Below, piece after piece: positions 54,996-64,000 of a DNA stretch of 64,000 bases. The position numbers and the translations under genes are program-made. The stretch spans positions 7,237 to 71,236 of the forward strand of contig QCNO01000002.1 of the NCBI GenBank assembly GCA_003213165.1, in the 5' to 3' direction. The stretch is from OCS155 cluster bacterium AG-426-D23 (GTDB lineage Bacteria > Actinomycetota > Acidimicrobiia > Actinomarinales > Actinomarinaceae). The notes below the pieces were generated by a model. The model was not told where the DNA came from and ran no database searches. It saw only the letters and a program-made list of their open reading frames with translations. Positions within the stretch are counted from its first letter, which is position 1. The number at the start of each line of letters is the position of its first letter.

Positions 54996-57512
54996 TTAGT
55001 TTTTTATAGGAATGAAAGCTGAAACCTCTTCCTCAGAGGATAGTTTCATAATCCTTACTCCTTGTGCCGATCTACTCATTTGTTTTATTTGCTTTACTGC
55101 ACATCTTATTGCAGTCCCGCCTGTACTCATAAGCATAACCTCAGTATCCTCGTCTACAGACCTTGCTCCGACTAAATTTCCTTTATTTTCAGTAATCTTA
55201 AGAGCTTTCACTCCCATGCCGCCTCTTCCTGCTCTTCTAAATTCATCAAGTTTCGTACGCTTGCCATATCCCTTAGCTGTAATAAATAGAAGAGTTTCAT
55301 CTCTAGAGGTAGCCGCACCTACAACTTTATCTCCCTCTCTTAGCTTTATTCCCCTTACACCCATTGCTGTTCTTCCTTGGGGTTTAAGATTGGTCTCATC
55401 AAATCTTATTGCTTGCCCATTTTGAGATACAAGTATGACGTCTTCTTTACCAGAGGTCGTTTTTACAGAAACAACCCTATCTTCGTCTTTTAGTTTTATT
55501 GCTTGTAATGATTTATAGTTCGAATCAAAGTCTTTAAAACTTGATTTTTTAACTGTTCCTTTTTCTGTCATTATTAATAAAAACTTCTCAGTTTCATAGT
55601 CTCTTGTGTCTATGATTGCCTGCACTTTTTCATCCTGTCCCATTGAGAGAACATTTTGAATTAAAGAACCCTTTGCAGTTCTATTAGTTTTTGGAATTTC
55701 ATGAGCTTTGGCTCTATATACTTTTCCGCGGTCTGTAAAAAATAAAAGGTACGAATGCACAGATGTAGAAAGAAGGTGTTCTATTACATCTTCGTTTGAT
55801 GAAGCTGCTTTAACTCCTTTACCTCCTCTTCCTTGTTTTTTATATGAGGTCGATGGTACAGATTTTACATATCCGTTTGCAGAAACAGATACAATAATTT
55901 CCTCGTCTTCAATAAGGTCTTCTATGGAAACCTCGCCAACATCTGGGACAATTCGTGATCTTCTTTCGTCACCAAATTTATTTGTAATTGCCTCTAGCTC
56001 TTCAATTAAAATCTTGTCTTGTTTTGCACGACTTTTTAAAATTGCAGTTAGTTCTTTAATTGTTTCTTTAAGGTCTTTCTTTTCTTCTTCTAGTTTTTCC
56101 ATTTCAAGCGCAGTTAGTCTCCTCAGGGGCATATCCAATATGTGAGATGCCTGTGTCTCACTAAGTTTAAATTTTGTCATTAAAGATTTTCTTGCTGTGT
56201 CTACATCTTTTGAAGCTTTTATGACTTTAATAATTTGGTCGATCTTTTTTAAAGCCAGAAGCAATCCTTCTACTATATGGAGTCTGTTTTCAGCTTTTTG
56301 TAATCTGTGTTTTGTTCTTCTCTGTATGACATCAATTTGATGATCGATATAATATTTAATTAACTCAGGAACTGAAAGTACTTTTGGGACCCCTTCAACA
56401 AGCGCTACTGAGTTTACGGAAAAAGTATCTTGTAACTGTGTTTGTTTAAAAAGTTGATTAAGTACAACTTGTGGAACCGCATCTCTTTTTAGCTCAACAA
56501 CTAACCTAGTTCCGTTCCTGTCACTGCTTTCATTCCTAAGATCAGAAATCCCTAGGAGTTTTTTGTCTTGAACAAGTGTTGCAATTTTTTCCATAATTCG
56601 GTCTGTAGATGCTTGATAGGGTAATTCTTTAACAACTATTGCAGACCTGCCTCTGCCTAGTTCTTCTACGTCAGCAACAGCCCTTATTTTGATCGATCCT
56701 CTTCCTTTTAATATTGCTTCTTTAATTGTTGGTGTATCAACAACAAGACCGCCTGTTGGAAAATCTGGTCCTTTAATAATTTTTAGATAGTCTTTTGGTT
56801 TTACATCCTTGTTTTCAACAGTATATTTAACAGCTTCTGTTATTTCTCTAAGGTTGTATGGAGGCATGTTTGTTGCCATTGCTACAGCAATTCCTTCTGC
56901 GCCGTTAACAAGGAGGTTTGGAAATCTTGCAGGCAAAACTTTAGGCTCTGATGTTTCGCCTGAATAGTTTGGTTCAAAGTTTACAGTATCCTCGTCAATT
57001 CCATCCAATAATTGTGATGATAGAGATGACATTCGTGACTCTGTATATCTCATAGCTGCAGGTGGATCGTCGGGTGTTCCAAAGTTACCCTGGGGCTCGA
57101 TAAGTGGATATCTTGTACTAAAGTTTTGTCCAAGCCTTACTAGTGTTCCGTAAATTGCATCATTTCCATGAGGGTGATAGTTACCCATTACATCACCAAC
57201 GACTTTTGAACATTTTCTAAATGGACCTGTTGGTCTTATGCCTGTTTCATACATAGAATACAAAATTCTTCTCTGAACTGGCTTTAAGCCGTCCTTAACA
57301 TCGGGTAAAGCTCTCGACACGATTACAGACATTGCATAGTCTAAAAAAGACTTCGATATTTCGTCTTCTACAGCAATAGTTCCGTTTGATGTATTGTTAA
57401 TGTTTTTTTCTTCTTTTGCAGATTTTTTAGCTGCTGGTTTTTTAGCTGCTGGTTTTTTTGATGGTGGTTTTTTAGCTGCTGGTTTTTTTGATGGTGGTTT
57501 TTTAGCTGGCAT
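54996..57512 (-). CDS. gyrA: DNA gyrase subunit A
   Basis: DGLKPVQRR, YHPHG, AAMRYTE, GyrA-box QGRGGKG and beta-pinwheel repeats. Confidence 0.95.
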   Translation of the reverse strand: MPAKKPPSKKPAAKKPPSKKPAAKKPAAKKSAKEEKNINNTSNGTIAVEDEISKSFLDYAMSVIVSRALPDVKDGLKPVQRRILYSMYETGIRPTGPFRKCSKVVGDVMGNYHPHGNDAIYGTLVRLGQNFSTRYPLIEPQGNFGTPDDPPAAMRYTESRMSSLSSQLLDGIDEDTVNFEPNYSGETSEPKVLPARFPNLLVNGAEGIAVAMATNMPPYNLREITEAVKYTVENKDVKPKDYLKIIKGPDFPTGGLVVDTPTIKEAILKGRGSIKIRAVADVEELGRGRSAIVVKELPYQASTDRIMEKIATLVQDKKLLGISDLRNESSDRNGTRLVVELKRDAVPQVVLNQLFKQTQLQDTFSVNSVALVEGVPKVLSVPELIKYYIDHQIDVIQRRTKHRLQKAENRLHIVEGLLLALKKIDQIIKVIKASKDVDTARKSLMTKFKLSETQASHILDMPLRRLTALEMEKLEEEKKDLKETIKELTAILKSRAKQDKILIEELEAITNKFGDERRSRIVPDVGEVSIEDLIEDEEIIVSVSANGYVKSVPSTSYKKQGRGGKGVKAASSNEDVIEHLLSTSVHSYLLFFTDRGKVYRAKAHEIPKTNRTAKGSLIQNVLSMGQDEKVQAIIDTRDYETEKFLLIMTEKGTVKKSSFKDFDSNYKSLQAIKLKDEDRVVSVKTTSGKEDVILVSQNGQAIRFDETNLKPQGRTAMGVRGIKLREGDKVVGAATSRDETLLFITAKGYGKRTKLDEFRRAGRGGMGVKALKITENKGNLVGARSVDEDTEVMLMSTGGTAIRCAVKQIKQMSRSAQGVRIMKLSSEEEVSAFIPIKN
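57423..57509 (-). repeat. 15-bp tandem repeat encoding KKPPS/KKPAA at the GyrA N-terminus
   Basis: Plus-strand units TTTTTAGCTGCTGGT / TTTTTTGATGGTGGT, about 5.5 copies. Confidence 0.9.
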
Positions 57513-59437
57513 TATACGTCAAGAAACCTAACGTCTTTAGCGTTCTTTTCGATAAAAAGTTTTCTTTTTGAAACGTCATTCCCCATTAAAATTTCAAACA
57601 TATCAGAAGCTTTCGCCATCGCGCCTTTAGCGTCTGCAAGCGTGACTTTAATTAGGGTTCTGGTCTCGGGGTTCATTGCGGTATCCCACAACTCTCCAGC
57701 GTTCATTTCTCCCAAACCTTTAAATCTGCTTATATCAAACTTCTTATTTTTGTTTTCTTTTTTAAATTTATTGAGTGCTTCGTCGTCTTTTAAGTATGTT
57801 ATTCCTGATGATGCTTTTACTCTATATAACGGCGGTTCTGATATCCAGACTTTTCCACTTGTTATCAAACCGGGCATAAATTTAAAAAAGAATGTAAGAA
57901 GCAGTGTTCTAATATGTGCACCGTCAACATCAGCGTCTGTTAAAAAAATTATTTTGTCATATCTTGATTCTTCTTCGTTGAACTGAAGCTTTATACCTGT
58001 ACCAATAGCCTTAATAAGTGCGCTTATTTCTTCATTTTGAAGAGCTCTGTTTTCTGTAACTTTTTGAACATTTATAATCTTTCCCCTGATCGGCAAAATT
58101 GCTTGTACTCTTGAGTCTCGTGCTTGTTTAGCAGGACCAGCTGCTGAGTCTCCTTCTACAATAAACAACTCACTTTCTGTTGGATCTGTTGAAGAGCAGT
58201 CTGCAAGTTTTCCTGGAAGACCTGAGGTCTCTAAAATACTTTTACGTTTAGTAAGCTCTCTAGCTTTTTTTGCACTCATTCTTGCTTTTGCAGCAACTGC
58301 GCATCTTTCTACTATTGCTCGACCATCTTTGGTGTTTTTAGTTAACCATTTTGGAAATTCTTCATTAATTAGGACTTGAACCCTTGATTTCATTTCAGTA
58401 TTTCCTAATTTTGTTTTTGTCTGTCCTTCGAATTGAGGTTCTTTAACTCTTACAGATACCACACCTGTAAGCCCTTCTCTTATGTCATCTCCTGTTAAAG
58501 ATATGTCCGAATGAAGGTTTCTTTTTTTTGCAAAGTCATTAATTGCTTTGGTAACGGCTGTTCTTAGCCCCTCTTCATGAGTACCGCCTTCTAGGGTGTG
58601 TATGTTATTAGCAAAGCTTTTTATTGTTACGTCGTCTTCGTTTTTCCACTGGAGTGCAACCTCAATTTCTGAGTCTTTGGTTTGATCTGAAAAAGAGATT
58701 ATTTTTTGATGTAATGGATCAAATCCGTCATTTAAATATTCAACAAAGTCTGTGAGGCCACCTTTATAGTGATACTCCTCCTTTGTAGCTGGCTTAACTC
58801 TGTTGTCAATAAGTGTTATTCTCAAACCTTTATTAAGAAATGCAGTTTGTCTAAGTCTTTCGTCAACTATGTTGTAATCATATGTTTGAGTCTCGTCGAA
58901 TATTTCTGGATCTGCTAAAAAGTTTATTTTTGTACCTGTTTTTTTTGAGGCCTTTCCTTTTTTAATTTTTGATTTTGGTTTTCCTAAATCAAAGTCTTGA
59001 TTCCAAAAATGACCGTCTCTTTGAACTTCAACTTTAACATAAGTCGATAAAGCATTAACAACTGATACCCCAACTCCATGCAACCCTCCACTAACGGTAT
59101 AGGCACCTGATTCAAATTTTCCACCAGCATGAAGTGTTGTTAAGACTGTTGTTAGTGCCGATATTTTTGTTTTGGGGTGAGGTTTTACCGGTATTCCGCT
59201 TCCGTCATCTTCAACGGTAACTGAGCCGTTTTTTTCTAAACTAACTTTTATTTTTGAACATCTTCCAGCCATGGCTTCGTCTACAGAGTTGTCTAAAACT
59301 TCCCAAATTAAGTGGTGTAGTCCGTTTGGGCCTGTTGATCCAATGTACATTGCAGGACGCTTTCTTACTGCTTCTAGACCCTCAAGAATTTTTATATCTT
59401 TTGAATCATAGCTACTATTTGAATCTTTTTTAGACAC
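57512..59437 (-). CDS. gyrB: DNA gyrase subunit B
   Basis: LEAVRKRP, EVLDNSVDE, GGLHGVG, EGDSA, DADVDG and RFKGLGEM motifs. Confidence 0.96.
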   Translation of the reverse strand: MSKKDSNSSYDSKDIKILEGLEAVRKRPAMYIGSTGPNGLHHLIWEVLDNSVDEAMAGRCSKIKVSLEKNGSVTVEDDGSGIPVKPHPKTKISALTTVLTTLHAGGKFESGAYTVSGGLHGVGVSVVNALSTYVKVEVQRDGHFWNQDFDLGKPKSKIKKGKASKKTGTKINFLADPEIFDETQTYDYNIVDERLRQTAFLNKGLRITLIDNRVKPATKEEYHYKGGLTDFVEYLNDGFDPLHQKIISFSDQTKDSEIEVALQWKNEDDVTIKSFANNIHTLEGGTHEEGLRTAVTKAINDFAKKRNLHSDISLTGDDIREGLTGVVSVRVKEPQFEGQTKTKLGNTEMKSRVQVLINEEFPKWLTKNTKDGRAIVERCAVAAKARMSAKKARELTKRKSILETSGLPGKLADCSSTDPTESELFIVEGDSAAGPAKQARDSRVQAILPIRGKIINVQKVTENRALQNEEISALIKAIGTGIKLQFNEEESRYDKIIFLTDADVDGAHIRTLLLTFFFKFMPGLITSGKVWISEPPLYRVKASSGITYLKDDEALNKFKKENKNKKFDISRFKGLGEMNAGELWDTAMNPETRTLIKVTLADAKGAMAKASDMFEILMGNDVSKRKLFIEKNAKDVRFLDV

Positions 59438-59514
59438 GAATTATCTCCAAGATACGCTTCTTTTTGCTTATGTTACAGCCCCTTGCTGAACTCTTATTTT
59501 ACTAGATTTGGCGA

Positions 59515-59796
59515 TTATTGTTGGTTATTATGTATTTGAATATTCAAATTCTTTAGCTTAATTTTCGTATTTTTTTCTATTTCAATTAAGAGTTTTTCTT
59601 GTTGAAGTTCGATTAGGTTTTTTAACCTTTTTGTATCAACAAATAAAATCAACTCTTCTCCAACAACAGGACCTGGTGTGATTTCGCTGTAGAGCTGTGT
59701 GTTATAGTTTTTAAAGTATTCACTAATCTTCTCGGATTTTGAAAAATCAATACCTGAATCATTTGAATTAATTTTCTTGGGATCCTTATTAAACAT
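59515..59796 (-). CDS. Probable divergent DciA/DUF721 protein
   Basis: Position between dnaN and gyrB, 93 aa, L.+.V......ELQQEKLL.EI pattern. Confidence 0.5.
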   Translation of the reverse strand: MFNKDPKKINSNDSGIDFSKSEKISEYFKNYNTQLYSEITPGPVVGEELILFVDTKRLKNLIELQQEKLLIEIEKNTKIKLKNLNIQIHNNQQ

Positions 59797-60918
59797 TTAC
59801 TGGTTTGTTCTAACGGGCATTAGTAAATATTTATAGTGCTCTTCTTCGCCTTGGATCACTGCTGGCTTGTCATTTCCAGAAAATCTTAAGTAAGCTTTGT
59901 TTCCTTCTAAAACTTCAATCCCTTGAATCAAATAGTTTGGATTAAACGATATTTCAAAGCCAGATATGTCTCCTGTTTCAAGCCCCAATACCTTTATGTC
60001 TACAACTTCGTTACCTCCACCAATATCTTTATTAGTAGAAGAGATATTAAGGGTGTTGTTGTCTACTACTTTGAGTGTTACGGGTATAAAGCCTTCCGCA
60101 ACAACTGTTGATCGGTCTAATGACTCTAATATAGACTTTTTATCAACTTCTATTGAAAAAAGGTTTTCTTTAGGAAATAACATCTTATATTCAGGAAATG
60201 TTCCTTCTAGTTTTCTTACTGACGTATAGTATCTTTTGTTGTAAAAGTGTACTTCTCTCTCTGTTGAGTTGATGTTTGTTTCCTCTTCACTGTCTTCAAA
60301 TATCTTTATGGTTTCACTTAAGGATCTATATGAAACAATTCCTGCATCGGATATGGGGATGTCAAAAACAACGTTGGTAGCAAGTCTGTAGCTATCTGTT
60401 GAAACAAGGTTTGTTTGGTTGTTCTCGTTATCAAAAAATACACCAGTAAGTATTGGTTTTCCACCCTCTGGAGAAGCTGCTACGCCTACTTTTTTAAGCG
60501 CGTCAAAAAGGTCTGTTGTTTTAAGCTGTTTGCTTTTAGTGGTGTCGTGTTGTTGTTCTAGTAGTGTTTTGGGATAGGTTAGGTGGTCCAGTTTTCTTAG
60601 TCTGTATTCTGTTTTTTTTGTTTCCACCTTGATCTCGTTCCCTATGTCTGAAAAAACAACCTCTCCTGAAGGCAGCTTTCTCACAACTTCTGAAAAAATT
60701 CTTGAGTTAACAAGGCACTCTCCATCAACTATTGACTCAACCTCGAAACGGGCTTTTATGACCAGGTCTAGGTCAGACCCTATTAGTTCACAGTTGTTTT
60801 TATTAATTTTTATATAAAGACCTTGTAGTGCCGGAGTAGAGGGCTTAATATCAACGGCTTTAGACACCGTTAAGACGTGGTCTTTGATAATTTTGGTTGT
60901 TGTTTTAAACTTCAACAA
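59797..60918 (-). CDS. dnaN: DNA polymerase III beta clamp
   Basis: P.LQG, STDSYRLA, LEGTFPEY, FNPNYL and YLLMPVR motifs. Confidence 0.95.
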   Translation of the reverse strand: MLKFKTTTKIIKDHVLTVSKAVDIKPSTPALQGLYIKINKNNCELIGSDLDLVIKARFEVESIVDGECLVNSRIFSEVVRKLPSGEVVFSDIGNEIKVETKKTEYRLRKLDHLTYPKTLLEQQHDTTKSKQLKTTDLFDALKKVGVAASPEGGKPILTGVFFDNENNQTNLVSTDSYRLATNVVFDIPISDAGIVSYRSLSETIKIFEDSEEETNINSTEREVHFYNKRYYTSVRKLEGTFPEYKMLFPKENLFSIEVDKKSILESLDRSTVVAEGFIPVTLKVVDNNTLNISSTNKDIGGGNEVVDIKVLGLETGDISGFEISFNPNYLIQGIEVLEGNKAYLRFSGNDKPAVIQGEEEHYKYLLMPVRTNQ

Positions 60919-61027
60919 GAACTCCTTGTTCTTTTATATATATAACAATAATAAAGCTGTTCGATATGTTTAAAAACATAAAAACACCCTACAAAGCTTT
61001 AAGAACACACTAGTAGTTTTCAACACT
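60919..61027. other. Putative oriC core (DUE/DnaA-trios plus non-canonical boxes)
   Basis: dnaA-dnaN spacer; minus strand reads TTTTAAACA TATCGAACA GC TTTATTATTGTTATATATAT. Confidence 0.6.
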
Positions 61028-62374
61028 TTAAACACCAACAAACTTCAACGAGCTGTCTTCTAGTTTATTGTTGAAAATGTTGACTTCTTTCTTAAACAAA
61101 CTAGAGCTTTCCACTTTCTTTATAGAAGATAAAACAGTTGAGTGAGATCTGTTTCCCGCATATAAGCCTATCTGGTTCAAAGAATACTCTGTATGTTTTC
61201 TCATTAAATAAACAAACAAATGTCTAGCGTTGCTTACAAGTTCACTTCTGTTTTTTGAAAGAACGAGCCTTTCGTCAACCTGGTAAACCTCAGAACAATA
61301 TCTTAGAATAAACTCAGGACTCAGCTCCACAACCTTGTTGTTATTATACAAAGAAATAAGATCAGATAAATATTTCTTGTTGCTCACACCCGTTTGTTTG
61401 TTGATAATTAAATTGTTTATAACACCGTTTATCTCCCTGAAGCTTTGGAAGTCCAACGAAAGCAACATTTCAAACTCATTTTTAGAAAACAACAAACCGT
61501 CAAACTCAAAATTGCTCTTATTTAATAACTCAGAAAAAATTTCTTTATCAGGCTTTGTTATGTCTGTAACTAAGCCGTTTAGAATTCTTGAAATCAAACG
61601 ATCTGGAAAACCACTTAGATTTTGTGGTTTCTGGTCTGATGCCAAAACTACTGATTTTGCATTGTTCAAAAAAAAGTTAATTGTATGAAAAAGTTCTTCA
61701 GAAACACCCTTTTTTCCAACAAAAAACTGTATGTCGTCGATTAATAATATGTCTACAGATCTAATTTTCTTCTTAAAACTATCAATATCTTTATTTTTTA
61801 TACCAGAGATATACGATTCGAGAAAAGACTCCGAATCGATATAAAACGAAGATTCACTCGAATCATCAATTGTTTTTAAAAGATGTGTCTTTCCAACACC
61901 TGGTTTACCATAAACAAAAAGCGGGTTGAATCGTTTACCAGGGGAAACAACAATATTTTTAGCCGCTGTTATTGCAAGGTTGTTACAACTCCCAATAAAA
62001 AGCTCATCAAAATATGACAAATCATATGATTTTTTAATAACAACTTCTTGTGGTGACTCAACAACCGTCGCTTCTGTGCTTAGCTTTTCATATAAATTTG
62101 AATTGTGAAAGTTTCTATCAACAACAAACACACAGTCAGCTTTCTTGTTGTAATTGAGTTGATAGACAGACTTAATTTTTGAATAAACCTTTTTTTCAAT
62201 GGAGGACTTTATAAAATCAGACGAAACAACAATACAAAGATTATCTTCATCGTTTATTTCAAACCCAACCTGTTCTAACCAATATTTATCAGTTTTGTTA
62301 GTAACAGATTTTTCAAGTAAAGCTTTAAACTCTTCAAGCATTACAGTATTACTTTCCTTACTCCCTATGCCCAC
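61028..62374 (-). CDS. dnaA: Chromosomal replication initiator DnaA (divergent)
   Basis: NPLFVYGKPGVGKTHLL, LLIDDIQF, EELFHT, RLISR and domain IV RSHSTVL motifs. Confidence 0.93.
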   Translation of the reverse strand: MGIGSKESNTVMLEEFKALLEKSVTNKTDKYWLEQVGFEINDEDNLCIVVSSDFIKSSIEKKVYSKIKSVYQLNYNKKADCVFVVDRNFHNSNLYEKLSTEATVVESPQEVVIKKSYDLSYFDELFIGSCNNLAITAAKNIVVSPGKRFNPLFVYGKPGVGKTHLLKTIDDSSESSFYIDSESFLESYISGIKNKDIDSFKKKIRSVDILLIDDIQFFVGKKGVSEELFHTINFFLNNAKSVVLASDQKPQNLSGFPDRLISRILNGLVTDITKPDKEIFSELLNKSNFEFDGLLFSKNEFEMLLSLDFQSFREINGVINNLIINKQTGVSNKKYLSDLISLYNNNKVVELSPEFILRYCSEVYQVDERLVLSKNRSELVSNARHLFVYLMRKHTEYSLNQIGLYAGNRSHSTVLSSIKKVESSSLFKKEVNIFNNKLEDSSLKFVGV

Positions 62375-62542
62375 TTACAAACTTAACTGCAGAAATAACG
62401 TTTTCATAGAGTGCTAAAAACAAACTAAAGTTTAATAAATTGTTTAAAACTTTAAAAAACTTCAATAAACACTGACTAAAACGCTATAGAAACACAGTAG
62501 GTGCATCTCAAATAAAGCTTTTTTTTAAAGCTAGTTAACTTG

Positions 62543-62574
62543 TTTTTCGCGAACATAAGATCTTTTTCGCGAAC
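62543..62574. repeat. 12-bp direct repeat TTTTTCGCGAAC x2, 20-bp period
   Basis: Copies at 62543-62554 and 62563-62574 in the dnaA-rpmH divergent spacer. Confidence 0.8.
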
Positions 62575-62645
62575 CAATCTAAAAATAAAATTTATTTTGT
62601 TTTGTTTAATTAATTTCTTCATATATTCTTACAAACAGGTATTAA

Positions 62646-62780
62646 ATGAAAAGAACATATCAACCTAGTAACAGAAAAAGAAGCAGAAAACACGGTTTTA
62701 GATCAAGGATGCGCACAAGAGCTGGGCGCGAAATTCTTAAGAGAAGAAGGAAAAAAGGTCGTAAAATTTTATCTGCCTAG
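62646..62780 (+). CDS. rpmH: 50S ribosomal protein L34
   Basis: Hand translation [44 protein letters not shown]. Confidence 0.97.
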   Translation: MKRTYQPSNRKRSRKHGFRSRMRTRAGREILKRRRKKGRKILSA

Positions 62781-62783
62781 GTA

Positions 62784-63101
62784 GTGAGGGTGAAACTAAG
62801 TTCGCTTAATAAAAAAAATCATTTTGATAACCTAAGAAATGAAGAATTTTGTATAACCGCAGACGGTTTGAAGGTTTTTATTAAAGAAAACAATACATTT
62901 TCTTCACGACTTGGAATAAGTATTTCAAGTAAGCATGTAAATGCAGTTAATAGAAATAAGTTTAAAAGAAGGACAAGGGAAGCAGTAAGGAGCCTACCAG
63001 ACAATAAACATTTTGATATTTTAGTTGTTGGGAATAAAGATTCATCAAACCTAAAACCAGCTGAAATATTAAAAGTTTTGAAGTCTCACCCCTTACTCTA
63101 A
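62784..63101 (+). CDS. rnpA: Ribonuclease P protein component
   Basis: RLGISISSK and AVNRNKFKRRxRE motifs; follows rpmH. Confidence 0.9.
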   Translation: MRVKLSSLNKKNHFDNLRNEEFCITADGLKVFIKENNTFSSRLGISISSKHVNAVNRNKFKRRTREAVRSLPDNKHFDILVVGNKDSSNLKPAEILKVLKSHPLL

Positions 63102-63106
63102 AAAAA

Positions 63107-63322
63107 ATGAAATTATTAGGATTTTTTCTTCAAGGAGTACGATCTTTGCTTGCATTATTCGGCCTTGGGGGCGGCAACTGCCTTTACTATCCAACCTGTA
63201 CAAATGTTATTGCTGAAAGTTTTGAAAAAAATGGATTACTAAAGACCATACCTGTCATTTTTGAAAGAATTATTATTTGTAACCCTATATATAAGAAATT
63301 TGGTAAAAATTGGCAATTTTAG
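63107..63322 (+). CDS. yidD: Membrane protein insertion efficiency factor
   Basis: C.YYPTC...RI..CNP motif; lies between rnpA and yidC. Confidence 0.85.
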   Translation: MKLLGFFLQGVRSLLALFGLGGGNCLYYPTCTNVIAESFEKNGLLKTIPVIFERIIICNPIYKKFGKNWQF

Positions 63323-64000
63323 AACCATTTGCACTTGGAATTGGGCTTCTGCTCTCATATGTTTATGATTACACAACTTCATATGGTTATTCCATAGTTA
63401 TATTGACAATCATAATTAATGTAATTATCTTTCCACTGACGCTACGTCAGACAAGATCTACTAAGAGAATGCAAGACGCTCAGTCAGATATTAAAAAACT
63501 TCAAAAACAACATAAAGACAACAAAGAAGAGCTCAACAAGGCAATGGCTGCAATGTACAAAGAAAAAGGAATTAACCCCCTTGGCTGTATTCTTCCACTT
63601 TTAGTACAAATGCCAATTTGGTTTGCATTGTTTAGAGTATTGCAAAACCCACAAAGGTTTATACCAGATTCTTCAAACCTTTCTAACAGCCTTTCGGTAA
63701 GTACTAACCTTAAGTTTTTCAATATGGATCTTCAAATTTCTCCTTCAGAGGTTTTAGAGTGGGTGGAGAGAATCCCCTATTTAGTATTAATTTTATTGGT
63801 TGTTGTTACTGCGCTGTATCAAACCACACAAATACAAAAGAAATCCAACAAAAACGACAATCCTCAGGCGCAACAAATGCAAATGATAGGAAAAGTCATG
63901 CCTATATTTTTTGGATTTATATCTTGGACTTTACCAACAGGCCTTGTTGTTTATTTTCTAACAGGAAATATATTTCGAATTGGTCAACAAGCCTTAATTG
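63310..64000 (+). CDS. yidC: Membrane protein insertase YidC, 3'-truncated by the window edge
   Basis: TTG start; YGxSIVILT, FPLT, NPLGCILPLLVQMPI and PTGLVVY motifs; frame open to the window end. Confidence 0.92.
   Translation, partial: MAILEPFALGIGLLLSYVYDYTTSYGYSIVILTIIINVIIFPLTLRQTRSTKRMQDAQSDIKKLQKQHKDNKEELNKAMAAMYKEKGINPLGCILPLLVQMPIWFALFRVLQNPQRFIPDSSNLSNSLSVSTNLKFFNMDLQISPSEVLEWVERIPYLVLILLVVVTALYQTTQIQKKSNKNDNPQAQQMQMIGKVMPIFFGFISWTLPTGLVVYFLTGNIFRIGQQALI

Noticed and set aside
57423-57509. Tandem repeat as a CRISPR array
   Set aside because: No spacers; 15-bp in-frame coding units; no cas genes in the window.
1505-63722. Many 60-180 aa ORFs antisense to or nested in recognised genes
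   Set aside because: They are shadow ORFs with no motifs, fully overlapping confident genes.

Overview
A 64-kb, AT-rich, very gene-dense chromosomal segment of a streamlined actinobacterium. Markers are crgA, DUF3566, PAC2, bS22 and the PstP-PknB pair; the low GC and tiny spacers suggest a Ca. Actinomarina-like marine lineage (inference). The right end holds the replication-origin block: yidC-yidD-rnpA-rpmH / dnaA-dnaN-(no recF)-dciA-like-gyrB-gyrA-DUF3566. The rest is housekeeping (lnt, copZA, dcd, asd/lysC, murJ, dnaX, serS, tadA, mutY, glpD), six tRNAs, a TPP and a cobalamin riboswitch, and a ~23-kb accessory block between tRNA-Ile and DUF3566. Items the ORF track misses or that stand out: (1) a CxxU SelW/Rdx selenoprotein with a well-placed bacterial SECIS, overlapping a TauE gene; (2) a MacB/YknXYZ-like ABC module with four paralogous two-repeat Cys-pair lipoproteins; (3) a DnaA with altered box-reading residues beside an origin whose boxes appear to end in AACA; (4) a GyrA with a histone-like KKPAA N-terminal tail and an atypical QRDR; (5) a perfect Rex/CRP-type operator on a small CCCH protein followed by a C-rich RNA element; (6) loss of conserved Cys residues in Lnt, TadA and DnaX; (7) an orphan structured-RNA candidate. 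No CRISPR array, IS element, integrase or rRNA was seen. All calls were made by eye, without database searches.
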